Source: Basidioascus undulatus (Eukaryota). Taken from it: DNA of 38,032 nucleotides. Made by a program: the position numbers and the translations under genes. The notes under the pieces are model-generated. The model was given only the letters and a program-made list of their open reading frames with translations, ran no database searches and was not told where the DNA came from. This document shows, one piece after another, positions 21,070-34,437 of the stretch. The stretch's first letter is position 1. Every line of letters begins with the position of its first letter. The DNA lies in NCBI GenBank assembly GCA_000826855.1, contig JTLS01000045.1:1-38032 (forward strand), read 5' to 3'.

Positions 21070-21919
21070 TTTTGGGGATGCGAAGGGTGTGCGGGTGGAA
21101 GTGCGAGGAAGAGGAGGAGGTGCGAAGATGCCTAGTGCGTGGCGATTTGGCAAAAGGGCTCAAGGCAAGGGCGCGCGGTTTGACTTTTCATACAGTGGAA
21201 GGTTGTGGAAAGTCGCTATCGCCGATACTGGCTGGGCGCGTGGATTGCTACTCAACACTTTCACCGGGCGCTGCATTCAGAGACTCAGAGACTGTTGATG
21301 GGATTCTACCCTTTTAATTGAAAACCCGGTGCATGGGCAGCGAGCGAGGACAAAGAGATCTCCTAGAGGCGGATTTCGGTCTGTTTGTCAGCTGGCCTTA
21401 AAAACACAGCGAACGATGCTGAAGGGATTCTCCTAAGGAACAATGTCTAACGGTTGGAACCGAAATCACAAGAACAACTTGTCATCATAGAGCCAAGATG
21501 GGGAAGGAAAAGGAGTTCAGACGTCGGAGACTACTTCCGCGACACGGCAGCCATGAACGCCAGTTGAGCATCTCCAGCTTGCAGCATTTCACTGGCACAG
21601 AAGCAAGTCTTGTCCTACTCATTCTCAAGGATGTGTATAATCATCTCGGTCAAAGATGTTTGCGCCAGCCGTAAACCACAAGTGACACTGCACTTACGGA
21701 GCAGAGGGCTGCTTTCAACGCAGCTGTTCGGACAGCTCCCCTACCGCAATGCTCATGTAGGAGAGTTGGCTTCGTAATTGTTCTCTCCACCACACGTACA
21801 CACACACGGATTGTAAAATGGAGACTTTTTTTGCTACTCGATGTCTGTGCCTAACTACGTGCCGCAAAGACGACACAGTACAGGCTCCCGCTTTGCTCAT
21901 TGCCATTCCGCTGCCGATA

Positions 21920-23667
21920 CTAAAAGATGTGCTTCTGCCCAACCAGCTCGTTCTCCACCGAAGCTAGGATGAATGGAGCGGCTGTAAGGAAGAATGGTAA
22001 AATCGTAAACGAGCCCGCGCAAACTCCCAATACCAACCTCTTGACAGGGCATGGTGACTGTTGGACTTACTCCCTTTCAAGTCGTTGATCCTGACAGGCT
22101 CCAAATAGAACGGAAGCGTCCCATTCGAAGGCGGCTTCAAGCTCCCGACGCTCACCGTGCCCTCCCAGCTGAGCGTGCCGTTGTCGTTTTCGACGACAAA
22201 GTCGGACACAAGGTGCTTGTAGGACTCCTGCGCGTGCGTAATGTACGAGGCGTCGACGAAGCCCTTACGGGCAGCCTTGAGCCAGCTGAACGCTCATCCG
22301 TAACTATCAGTGATTTCCTCCAGGGAGGAGAATCGCAGTTGGAAAGCCGGTAACCCACAAGTAAGTAAGCATCGCCGACCCCGAACTCTCGATGTAGTTG
22401 CCCTCCGCGCCAGGCTGCGTAACGACGAGCGGCCAGCCCTTGCTCGCTTCATCGCGCCACTCGAGTGCCGCGTCCGCGAGGGATTGAACGTAGGATTCAA
22501 GGCGTGCGCGGCCAGGGTGCGACGGCGGGAAGTGGTCGAGCACGTCGACGAGTGCCATGGCGTACCAACCGAGGGCGCGGCCCCAGACCTCAGGGGCTGC
22601 GGGTCGAGCAGGTGTTCGGTTCAGCTTGGACTATGTTGAGGTGGAAGGGTGAGAGGAGAGTATGAGGCACTTACAGGCGCCCGTCTTTGGGTTCGCCCAC
22701 AGCTGGGACTTCGCTTCGTCCCAGCCGTGCACGAGCAGGCCGGTACCGTGGTAGTGGGCGTGCTCCTCGATAAGGTCGAACTGAAGGGCGATGTCGTCCC
22801 AAGCCGTCCTGGTAAAGGCGTCGTCGTCATGAAGCCACCTGAAAGTCGGACAATGTAGCCCTGGAGGCAACCGCAGACTTACGAGTTGTCAACGTCGTAT
22901 AAAGAGGTGTATTCCGCGTAGAAAGGCCCGGCTGTGTGACAAGAGCGCTTAATAAGAAAACTACTTCACATAAGGAATTTGATCTGTTGAATGGGTACCC
23001 ACCCATGTAGAGACCATCAAGCCACTGCCAAAAACGCAGCCCGCAGTCAGCGAAAGACGTGTCTCATGTGCCTGCACAACTCCATGTTTCCTCCCAGTCA
23101 ATACGCACCATCTGATCAGGATAAGTCCTCTTATGCCAAAACCCCCCCGATTCAGTCCTCGGCTGCCGATCAAGCCTATCCGCCCCCCTCCCCACAAATT
23201 AGCCAGCTGACCTTTCCCATCCTCACAACAACGCCGCCCACTCACTGCTCCCTCAGCACCCCCGCCGCCCCCGCAAACCTCTCCCTATCCTTATCCTCAA
23301 CCCCCTCCGCCCTCTCGGTCAAAAACAACAACACCTGTCCCGGCCTCACGCTGTCCAGTTCCTCCGACCTCTTCTCCCAGTACGCGATGGGCGTGCCGTC
23401 CATGTCCACCGTGCGGCCGAGGGCATCGCGCGTGTAGTTGGCGTACTTCACGTCGCCCGTAGAAAGGTAGACCTGCTCGAGCGCGCGGTGCGTGGCTCCG
23501 ACTTCGTAGTTCCATATGACCTCCCTCGCAGCGTTGAGCCCGCTCGCTTCGTTACGCGCGAGGAGGCTGTCCGCCATGCGCTGCGACCAGGGGAGCGGCG
23601 CCGCGGGTGCGGGCGCGGCGAGACTGCCTGCGGCGAGGAGAGCGAGGATGCTTGATGTTCTGATCAT
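21920..23667 (-). CDS. Secreted unsaturated rhamnogalacturonyl/glucuronyl hydrolase, GH105 (Pfam Glyco_hydro_88)
   Basis: Signal peptide MIRTSSILALLAAGSLAAPA. Motifs [72 protein letters not shown] and NDLKGTAPFILAS. TAG at 21922-21920. Confidence 0.92.
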
Positions 23668-23926
23668 TTCTCGTGAAAGCGATACACAGACCGGAGTAAA
23701 TGGGGAAAAGCCCCGCAGTCTTTATGTCGAACGCTGCCAGACCACCGCCGGGCCGGCACTGCCGCCTACCGCAGGCGTGACCTCCCCGGGCTCGCACACC
23801 CCGAGCAGGTCGTAAAATGGTATCGATCGATAAGAAAAACAAGCAGTGTCCGTGGTGCAATGCGTGAACGAGGGATTACAGGCGAACTCGATAGAGAACG
23901 AAACAAGTGAGGGATGAGAAAAGCGT

Positions 23927-25578
23927 CTATTTCGTGAACCGCCCTGCCGTCCCGGCTCCCCCGCCGGTCCCAGTGCTCCCAGTGAGCTGCTTGAGCAGGC
24001 TGCCGAGATCGACATTGTTGCCCACGACGGCCTGCGGGAAGAGAAAGAGGGTAAGTGGAGAGCTCGTGTGTAGGTTGGATGAGGAGGTAGGGAGAAGACG
24101 CACCGAGAGATCGGACTCGCTGATGTCGGGGCAGGCGATGGATGTGCTGCTGGAGAAGGACGGGGAGATGGTGATGCCGAGGACTTGGATGCCGAGCTGA
24201 GTGGGGCGTGCGCAGTGTTCTTCAGTACCAATATCAAGCGGAGGGACGGCGTAGCATGAGAACGCAACGCACCTTGATCTTGTAGTCGACGTCGATGTTG
24301 GACTTCGACCCGCCCAGGATGCCACAGTCCGTCGCCAGGCTCTTCAAGATCTGCATTCGCCCGCCGCCGCCCCACATCCACATCAGTGCCCCAACCCCTA
24401 CGAACCGCGAGCGAACACCAGCCCAGGCGCACCGCAAAGTTACTGTCCTTCTGAGGCGTGTATTGGATCTGCCATCCCAGCTCACTCATCAGCACCCACC
24501 CCGGACAAGACGCGAGCGACGAAGACGGACGTGGAACGGGAAGCGGAAGTTCTTGTTGCTCTTCGGATCGATCGCGAGCCCGTCGAGCTGGCCGTAGCCG
24601 ACGTCCGTGCCTGTCGACGGCCACGTCAGGTCGGCATGGATGTTGTTGAAGTTGACGCCGAAGGCGTTGGGGTTGGTCACGCCTGTAGATCGGGAGGAGA
24701 GAGACGGAGAAGAAGGTGAATGGGTTGCTCAGGGATGCGGTGAAGTGGGAGCTGCGGACCGATGTCCAGGTCGAAGTTGATTTGCAGGACGCCGTTGGAG
24801 GTCGTGAATTGTTGTCCGCTTTCGGGCTGTACGGAGCGGTCAGGGGAGGGGTGGCAGCTACGCTAGGGGGTGAGACGAGGACGCACGGTCTTGACGCCGT
24901 TGAAGGAGATGTTGGGTGGCCGGATATACAGCAAGATGCTCGCGATGATCCCCACTGCGTCCCATCTCCCGCATCAGCGTCTTCCTCTCACCCCCCCACT
25001 CTCCTAAGTAACTCACGACTCACCAATCAAAACCACGATCGTGACAATCGCACAGCATATCCACCGTCCACAACACCGCACCCTCCCCCCGCGCATCATC
25101 AGGCCCTCCTTCTCCTGCTTCCTCCATTCTGTCACACGCCCTCACCCCTATCAGCTCCTCTACTCCTCCATCTCCGACGGGCGACTCACGCCTGAGCATG
25201 CCGGTGCCTTTCGGCGGGGGGCCCATGGAGTACTGGCTGTCGCGCACGCCGGCGGCGCCTCCCATCGCCTTCTCGTCCGTCATCATGCCCGGTCCGTGGG
25301 AGTGCTCGGGCTGGCTGTACGGGTACGCGCGCGGGCTCTCGGGCTCGTGAGGCTGGGCGTACGGATCCGAGTATCCTGCTGTCGTAGATTGTCGTCGTCG
25401 GGATTAAAGAAGCACGCCCCTCCGCGCATTAGTTCTTGGGCTCTGATTGAATCAAGGCCGGGTTGGTTCCGCGCGAAGCCTGCCTAGAGGACGACGCACC
25501 GGTGTAGGACTGGCGCGGTGCAGCGTAGTCGTCGTAGTCGTCCCGGTCGTACGGGCGGTTGTAGTGTGTGGCCATCAT
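23927..25578 (-). CDS. Type II membrane protein with LEA_2-like domain
   Basis: Tyr/Asp/Pro-rich N-terminus (MMATHYNRPYDRDDYDDY), Cys-rich TM (WICCAIVTIVVLI..GIIASILLYIRPPNISFNGV), then the LEA_2 signature VTNPNAFGVNFNNIHADL...VGYG...FPFHIQY, LATDCG and IACP. TAG at 23929-23927. Confidence 0.75.
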
Positions 25579-26156
25579 GCGGGCGTGCGTGCGTGCGAAC
25601 AAAATGTGGGTGCTATGCTGCGTGCACGGTCTACGCCGGAAAAGGAGAGTCCAAGTGGACTTGGATGGACAAGTGCGGGTTGCCGCTGCGGTAGACAAGC
25701 CGAGCTGCGCAGCCGCAAGCAGTGCGGCCGACTTACGGCTGAAAGGTGCTGCACGTTGGGCTTGGTTATCGCCAATTAACGAGCGGACAGGCAGCAGCTT
25801 GCACTTCGCAAGCAAACTGAGAAGAACAGTCTCAGAAACTACAGCGCAATGAAAGACTGTGCAATATTAATCGCTGCGAAGCTGCAAAGCGGAAATTCCC
25901 AGGCGTGAGCTCGATTGCAGTCGTGCAGCGACCGACATCTCGGTCGCAGGCCAGGTGGGCCGTCGCGTAAAATTCGCACCAGATTGCACGTTGCTGAGAT
26001 CATTCAAGTCTTCAAGGTCGTGTCAAGCTGGACGGTGTACGCGTCCACCCGTGGCGAGGAAGGACTAATAATCCTGAAGTTCTGCAGGTCTTGCACACCG
26101 CGAGCCGCACTCCTCAAGCACTCAATCCAATAACTTAAAGCATCCTCTCCTCACCA

Positions 26157-27357
26157 TCAATGATGGTCCTCCACGACCAACGCCAACGCGAGAGGCGTCG
26201 CGATGCCCGCGCAAACCAATCCCGCCCTCCTCCCACGACTAATCACCTCCCTACCAACCTCCTCCGTCTCCCCGACGCCCTGCACCGCAACATACAGGAA
26301 CGTGCCCCCGGATAACAACAGCGCATAGCCCGTCACGCTCGAGAGCTTTGTGCCGAGCAGCGTGAGGAGCACGTACGTTGCGAGTGCGCCTAGGGGTGCA
26401 GCGAGGGAGAAGGAGAGGAGGGAGAGGCGCAGGCGGAAGGAGGCGAGAGGGGGGGAGAGGGAGATGAGAAGGGAGGTTAGGCCGAAGGCAGCTGGGGCTA
26501 CGATTCCTCGATGTATTAGTAATCCGCGAACGGACGGGAGAGGAAGCGGAGCAGTAACCTTTGTGGATAGCGATAGCCAAAAACACCACAAGCTGCAGCC
26601 CCCCCGCCTCCGCGCCTGCGCCTGCGCTCGCAGCGCCCAGCGCGATCCCATCCGCGAGGGAGTGGATGACGAGCCCGACCGTTTTTGACAAAGCCTTGCG
26701 CTCGCTGTCCTGCACGGTCGGCTCGGGCTGCAGCTCTCGCTCTGAGGGCGGGAGCGAGGGGAGCGGCTGGTGCGCGTGGGAGTGCGGGGAGAGAAGCGAG
26801 TCGAGCAGGAACATCAAGGTGAAGCCGAGGAGGAGGGAGAGGCCGATCGCCTGTGGGTGGGGGACGGGGTGAGCTAGGACGCAGGGGAGCCACAGAGGTG
26901 GGAAGGAAGGGGAGGGCAGGGAAAGGCGGACCTTGTGTGGATCTGATGCATGGGAGTGTGCATGGTCATGGTCATGGTCTGCCCGGCCTTCGAGGTTCCA
27001 TATAGGCGCGAAGGAGAGCGCGCGAGCGGCGAGGGCGTTGGTGTGTGAGGAGGGAGACGCAGACGCGTAGACTGCTGAGATGCCCCTTCAATCCCATCCC
27101 CCACAATCAGCATCTCACCTCCAGCCCACTGGCACGTCCTCCCCAGCCATGTTGCTACCGGAGAACCGAACCGCGACTCACTCAGGTATCACGATCCCCA
27201 GCCCCGCCCCCACGAGTAGCCCCACGCCATACACACCCAGCGCCTTAATCGCCGTGCTGCTCGCGTGCAGACGCAGCGTGAGCGGCAGGAACCCCGCGGC
27301 GAGGGAACCGGCGGCCATGATGACCGAGAGGAGGAGAACGTTGAGGAAGCCTGGCAT
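26157..27357 (-). CDS. ZIP-family metal transporter, Atx2/ZIP9-like, 4 exons
   Basis: GLLVGAGLGIVIPEG, His-rich loop DHDHDHAHSH, IGLSLLLGFTLMFLLD, TVGLVIHSLADGIALGA, VFLAIAIHKAPAAFGL, FSLAAPLGA and SGGTFLYVA. ATG 27357-27355, TGA 26159-26157. Confidence 0.92.
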
Positions 27358-27692
27358 GTCGTCGACGGTCCTTCAGGCTCTTGAAGGATAGTTGTGGGGG
27401 TGACAGGTGGGATGTAGGAGTGGGCTGGAGGGGCAGAGACACCACCCTCCGACGCCTAGCGAAGTAGGCCGCGCGACGACTGGGAATGCGGACGAGGCGG
27501 CGACGCGCCGAGAGCGGGGGAGGGAAGGGAAGGGACCGGGAGGCAGGCGACTCGCACGTGTCTGGCGCGTCCGCCGTCGCCAGCAAAGCTCTCGAGAAGA
27601 CGGTTCCTTTCTTGCGCACTTCAAACAAATTCAGGCGTTCGGGATATGAGAACATGCAAGCAACAAACATCGAAAGCACAGTGCAGAACATC

Positions 27693-28648
<956 letters not shown>

Positions 28649-28804
28649 GGCGGTGGGATTGAGAGAGCCTCGCGTCACTCGTCGAACGCGTCCTTGTCGC
28701 GTGCAATTCTAGCTTGCCTCCCGACCGCCATCGCCTCGCCTGCATTCTTTCCCCCCTTGCGGGCCCACCGACACCTCATTATATTTCACCACACCCTTCC
28801 CACG
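28649..28804. promoter_or_regulatory. 156-bp bidirectional promoter between BET3 and MSH3, with MCB-like boxes
   Basis: Divergent ATGs at 28648 (-) and 28805 (+). ACGCGT at 28686-28691, flanked by TCGCGT at 28670-28675 and 28697-28702. Confidence 0.7.
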
Positions 28805-31800
28805 ATGCCCCCGAAATCAAGCCAGCAACCGAGCGTCTCCCAATTCTTCGCTCGTGTCCCTTCCTCCTCAGCCTCCGCATCCTCCAGCGCCGCGCACGCC
28901 CCCAGCGCACCCAAGCGCAAGTCCTCCACCGCCCCCTCCTCCGGGCCCGTCATCCTCTCCGACTCCTCCTCCGACTCGGACATCGACGTGCCCCCGTCCC
29001 GCCAGCCTCCCCCAAGCAAGAAGCCCAAGCTCGAAGCGCCCGAGCCGGCTTCCCACTCCCCCGCACCCGCACCCGCGCCCGCACCCGTGCCGAAACACAA
29101 GAAGCCCCTCGTCTCAGGCCGCGACGTCCTGCAGCGATACAAGCATGTCCGGCGCTCCGACGGGGACGACCCGATGGGGGGCGGGTCCCCCCCGCCGGCG
29201 CTGACGGAGGAGGAGGAGCGCGCGAAGCGCGAGCGGCACGAGGCGTTCCAGCGCGTGTTTCTGGGGCCGGGCAACCCGCTTCGCAGGCGGGATGAGGAGG
29301 CGGAGGAGGGACAGGAGAGCGAGGAGGCCGGCGCGGCGCAGGAGGAGGAGCAGGAGGGCTCGCCGAGCGGCATGTTCAGCCAATACGCTGCGGCGGGTGA
29401 GGGTGCGGGGGGGAAGGGCGGGAAGGCAACGGAAAAAGGCAAGGGGAAGGGAAAGGGAAAGGAAATGGGTAATGGGATCAAGTAGTGCGTCCTTTTTCAC
29501 CGCTTACAGTTCGGGAAGGATGGCTGACAGGCGCTTGCAGCACACCCATGGAGAAGCAGGTAGGCGGGATCGCTCAGGTCTAGTGCGGGCGTTTGCTGAT
29601 GACGGGCATACAGATCCTGCAGCTGAAAGCGAAATACCCCGGAACACTGCTCATCATCGAAGTCGGTTACAAGTTCAAGTTCTTCGAGGAGGTGAGTCCC
29701 GTCTCATCGGCCTCGCTGTAGGGGGAACCATACTGATGCTGACTTACTCTACAGGATGCCAAGGTACGCAATAGAGCGTATTCTGCACCCTTTCCGGTCT
29801 TTACTAACTGTCTCTGCAGATCGCATCCAAGGAGCTCGGCATTGTCTGCTTCAAAGACCGGAACCTCTTCTCAGCCATGATCCCAGTGCATGTACGTTTC
29901 TTTGGCCGTCACCCCACATCACCCGCGCTGATAGCCTTCTTTTCCAGCGCATGCCCGTGCGCGTCAAGAAGTGCAGCGTGCCCTCATCACAGGCCGAGCT
30001 ATCGCTGACCCGTGGCCGTCACCCAGACTCATATCCGCCGGCTACAAAGTTGGTATTGTCCGTCAAAAAGAGACCGCCGCGCTCAAAGCAGCGGGGTCGA
30101 ACCGCTCCGCGCCCTTCATCCGCGAGCTCACGGAGCTGTATACGCCCGCTACCTTCGTGGGCACCTCTCCCCCTCCAACCACTTTACGTGAGACTGATGC
30201 TCACCCGCCCGGCAGATCGACGACCTCGCCGTGGCGGACGACGTGGACCCCCTGGGGCTCCACAGCGCGCCGCCGACGAACGCGCTCGTGTGCCTCGTGG
30301 AGGAGCTCAAGGGCGGGATGGGCGCGGACGAGCGCGTCGAGGTTGGGCTGGTTAGCATCGTGCCCTCTACGGGCGACTTGAGTTGGGACGAGTTCACGGG
30401 TCGGTCTCCCGCCCTTAGACCTCAGTGCCTTCCCTCTCTCGGGAATACTGATAGGATTTACGCGGTCAAGACACCCACATGCGCACGGAACTTGAGACGA
30501 GGATGCTGCATATCCAGCCGGTCGAGGTGTGCTTTCATTTGGACTGTGTCCCTTCGGCACGAGTCTAACACGCGCCTGCAGCTCCTCCTCCCCAGCGAGA
30601 AGATGAGCAAGACGACGGAGAAGATGCTCGCGCACTTTGCTGGTCAAGGGTGTGCCGATTGGCTTGGCTTGCGAAGGCGGGGACTGATGTTGGGGAGGGA
30701 ATGGCGACCGCAGGATCGCGTCCTCCGCGAGCGAGCGCATCCGCGTCGAGCGGATAGACTCGGCCAAGTACAACGCGGCCATGACGTTCCTCACGCACTT
30801 CTACACGTGCAAGAACGGCACTGCGTCTGGAAGCAGTCAGCCCGTCAGCAGTCAGCCCGGTACTTCGCGGGGCGGTACGTTTCCACCCTTTCCTCGCTCC
30901 GGCCCCCACACCCAAATTGATGACATGCGTGCGAGCCGCACCAGCCGAGCTACTCGCGACCGTCTCGAACCTTCCGCACAAGGTGATCATCGCGCTCGCG
31001 AGCGTGATCCGGCACCTGCAGGGCTTCGGCCTCGACGAGATCCTTCGCGAGAGCAAGTTCATCAACAAGTTCTCGAGCCGCTCGCACATGCTCTTGCACG
31101 CCAACACGCTCACCAACTTGTGCGTCGAGTTTGGGCTGTTTCACGTGCGCTGCGTGGACGGTGGGGCTAATGCGTGGGCGGGAGGACAGGGAGATCTTCA
31201 AGAGCTCGGAGGGCACGGATAAGGGGTCGTTGATGTGGTTGCTGAGCCGCGAGTGGGCTTCGTGAAGAAGAGGCTGGGAATGAGACTGACGCTGGGCGGG
31301 AACAGACACCAAGACGCGGTTTGGGCGGAGGTTGCTGCGCGAGTGGGTAGGACGCCCGCTCATAGACGTCGAGTATGTATAGCATTCCATTTACCCCGCG
31401 GATGATGTGGTGGCTCATCAGGTCGGGCTTGAACAGCGCTCTGCGCGCGCGGATCGAAGCGGTCGAGGAGCTCCTGCACGGCGACGAGACGCCCATGCTC
31501 GACAAGCTGCGCAAGATCCTGCAAGGCACACCCGACCTCTCCAAAGGTTTGCTCCACCCCTCCCACCCTCCATCGCTCGCGGCTCACTCTTTCGGCGTGC
31601 GCGTACCAGGCCTCGCCCGCATCGCCTACGGCCGCGCGACGCCCAACGAGGTCGCTTCCGTGCTGACCAACTTCGAGCGCATCTCCAAGACGTTCGACTC
31701 CAGCTCGCCGGACCCATTCAAGTCCGGCATCCTAAACGACGTCGTCGCCGTGCTCCCCACGCTGCGCGCGCGCGTCGCGGCGCTCACTGCGCAGATCGAC

Positions 31801-34009
31801 CTCCGCAAGGCGCGCGCGTGGAAGCGCGACACGGAGGAGAACAAGGCCGACCTGTGGTTCGATCCGGAAAAGTACCCCAGCATCGCGGACGCGAAGGACT
31901 GCATTGCGCTGGTTGAGCACGAGCTGCAGGAGCATTTGAAAGAAGGTAAGTCGCTGCGAGGGGGCTGTGGGTGGCTAGGTCGGTTGCTTATTGTTTGATG
32001 GTGCAGTGCGCAAGATAGTCAAGAAGCCGGCGCTCGAGTACATGTGCGTGTTGGGCTTGCGGAGTTTGCGGTGGCTGCTCGCTTGACTAATGCGCATGAG
32101 GTGCAGGTCGGTTTCCGGCATCGACTTCTTGATAGAGATTAGGGTACGCCGAGATGTTTGAGTGTAGGCCGTACAACGCTTTCGCTTATGTACCGTTTCG
32201 CGCCCAGACGACCGAAGCGAAGAAGGCGCCTGCATCTTGGGTCAAGATCAGCTCGTAAAACTGTCGGTCATCCCTGCCGTCAGTTCAAAGACTGACGCGT
32301 TTCCTCCGTACAGCACGAAGACGCAGAGCCGGTATCACAGTCCTGAGATCGTCCGCCTGACCAAGGAGCGCAACCAGCACGTGGAGCGTCTGGCAGCTGG
32401 CAAGTCGAACCGATGACTGCCTGGTGGAAGTGTCCAAGACTTACGCCCGTCGGTGTCCACAGAGGCGAACGACGCGTTCATCAAGTTTCAAACTGAGATC
32501 TCCGAGAGCTACGAGATGTTCCGGTCGGCGGTCCTCAAGCTCGCGACGCTCGGTGCGTCACAACAAGCATATTATCCCTCAAATATCCTCGCTAATCGCA
32601 ATGCTCGTTACAGACTGCTTGCTCTCCCTCGCGACAGTGGCGCTCCAGCCCGGCTACTGCAAGCCCGAGTTCGTGGACGACGACAGGCTCGAGATCGTCG
32701 CTGGGCGGCACCCCATGGCGGAGAGCGTGAGCAGCGCGCCGTTCGTCCCGAACGACATATACCTTGGCGACGAAAGCGGGGCCAGAACGCTTCTTGTGAC
32801 TGGGTGCGTAATGTTCTCCGACACAGATACTTGGGTGGTCGCTCACTCGGTTATTGTTTCCGCAGCCCGAACGCTGGTGGTCAGTCCAGCTGTATCACCG
32901 CCGTCAGACGATATCGCTGATTTGTATTACTATGGCAGGCAAGAGCTCCTTCACCCGCATGACAGCGCTCCTCGTCATCCTCGCCCAGATCGGCTCTTAT
33001 GTTCCTGCCGACTCGGTCAAGCTCGGCATCCACGACGCCGTCCTCACACGTATGGGCGCATACGATGAGATCGCCAGGGGTCGCTCGGTGCGCGGCGCTT
33101 CTCTCGGTTCAATCGAGCTGCTGCAAGACTGAGTTCTTCCCTTTCCCGCAGACCTTTATGGTGGAGATGTCCGAGACGAGCGAGATCCTGAAGACTGCGA
33201 CGTCCAGGTCGTTAGTTATCCTCGACGAGCGTGAGTCTTTTCGCTGTGCCTGGCTGATGACGCACACTGACAGACCATTCCAGTTGGGCGCGGCACGGCG
33301 ACCTTCGACGGCGTGCGTTCCTTCTAGATATGGCACTGTACGAGGCTGACCTTCCGCAACGCCGCAGATGTCAATCGCCAGCGCCGTGCTCGAGACGCTC
33401 ACGAACCGCAATGTTCAACTGCTCTTCATCACGCACCTCTGGTCGCTCACCGAGAGCGAGAAGAAGGTTCGTCGGCCCGCCGCGCAGCGCTGCGTTCCGA
33501 GCTGACACTGCGTTATGCAGTTTGATGGCAAGCTCATCAACACGAGCATGGCGTACCACGAGGAGGTCGATGGCGGTACGCCTGTTTTGTGGCTCCGAGT
33601 CGAATTTCTGCTAACGTGCAATGACTGCGCAGAGGGCGAGAAGCAGCTCACGTTCCTCTACAAGGTCCGACCGGGCACTGCGTCGCGCTCATACGGCATC
33701 GAGTGCGCCCGCATCGTGCGTATCGGTCCTCGTCTCCGTGCGCAGCCTAAAACTGATTGGAGGATTTGCTTCAGTGCGGACTGCCGGCGCCTGTGCTTGC
33801 CAAGGCGCAGGATGCGTCCAAGAAGATGGAGGAGGAGACTGAGGAGCGGCAGAAGTACGTCTAATGTCCTGCGCCTTTTCCGAGAAACATTCTGACCGTT
33901 TCTGTTCAGGCTGCGTCGCACGCAAAGATTTCTGGCGGCGGCAGCTCAAGCTGTCAAGTCCGGGTCGTCCGAGAAGCTCGAGGAGATGAAGCAGATTGTT
34001 GAAGGTTGA
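28805..34009 (+). CDS. MSH3: DNA mismatch repair protein Msh3 (MutS-beta subunit), about 30 introns
   Basis: N-terminal PIP box [11 protein letters not shown]3-type mismatch domain YTPMEKQ...[24 protein letters not shown]...[35 protein letters not shown]. Also [69 protein letters not shown] and [13 protein letters not shown] at 34007-34009. Confidence 0.95.
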
Positions 34010-34437
34010 TTGATGCGGGAGGGCAGAGGTGACCGATATCAATGTGGACATCATTTCGTGCATTATTTACATACCATGAGCATTTCATAGCATTTTTTGT
34101 ATTTCCAAGGATAGCAATATCACGAACGCCTTATTGCTGATCGGTGATTGACTGCGAGTGTCCGTCGTTGCTTCCCTCAGAACCCAGGAGCGCAACCTGC
34201 CCATGGCGCTTTTGAAGTTGTACTTGTACTGAACAAGTCAACGCAAATTCCAGTAACTGTGACAACTTGAAAAATCGCATGATGCTTTGTGCAAAGACAT
34301 GCAAAACATCGGCTGCTTGGTCAAATGCGTATCACCTGCGGGAGAACGGCGTTTCGCAGACTGAGGAAGAAGTGGGTGAGGAAAGAATGTATCGGGTATG
34401 AAGGAGTCAAACTGCCAGCCCTGACCTGTTCCTGATA

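Noticed and set aside
22935..23245. Apparent insertion interrupting the GH105 gene
   Set aside because: It resolves into ordinary introns plus two small exons ([23 protein letters not shown] and WLDGLYM), so the gene is intact.
23722..24624. 300-aa minus ORF, and similar long ORFs overlapping MSH3, Ran and POL5 (e.g. 28786-29481, 36250-37026)
   Set aside because: These are alternative-frame or antisense shadows caused by high GC3 in real exons.
30832..30860. 15-nt in-frame duplication in MSH3 ([10 protein letters not shown])
   Set aside because: A frame-preserving repeat in a variable linker, with no functional inference possible.
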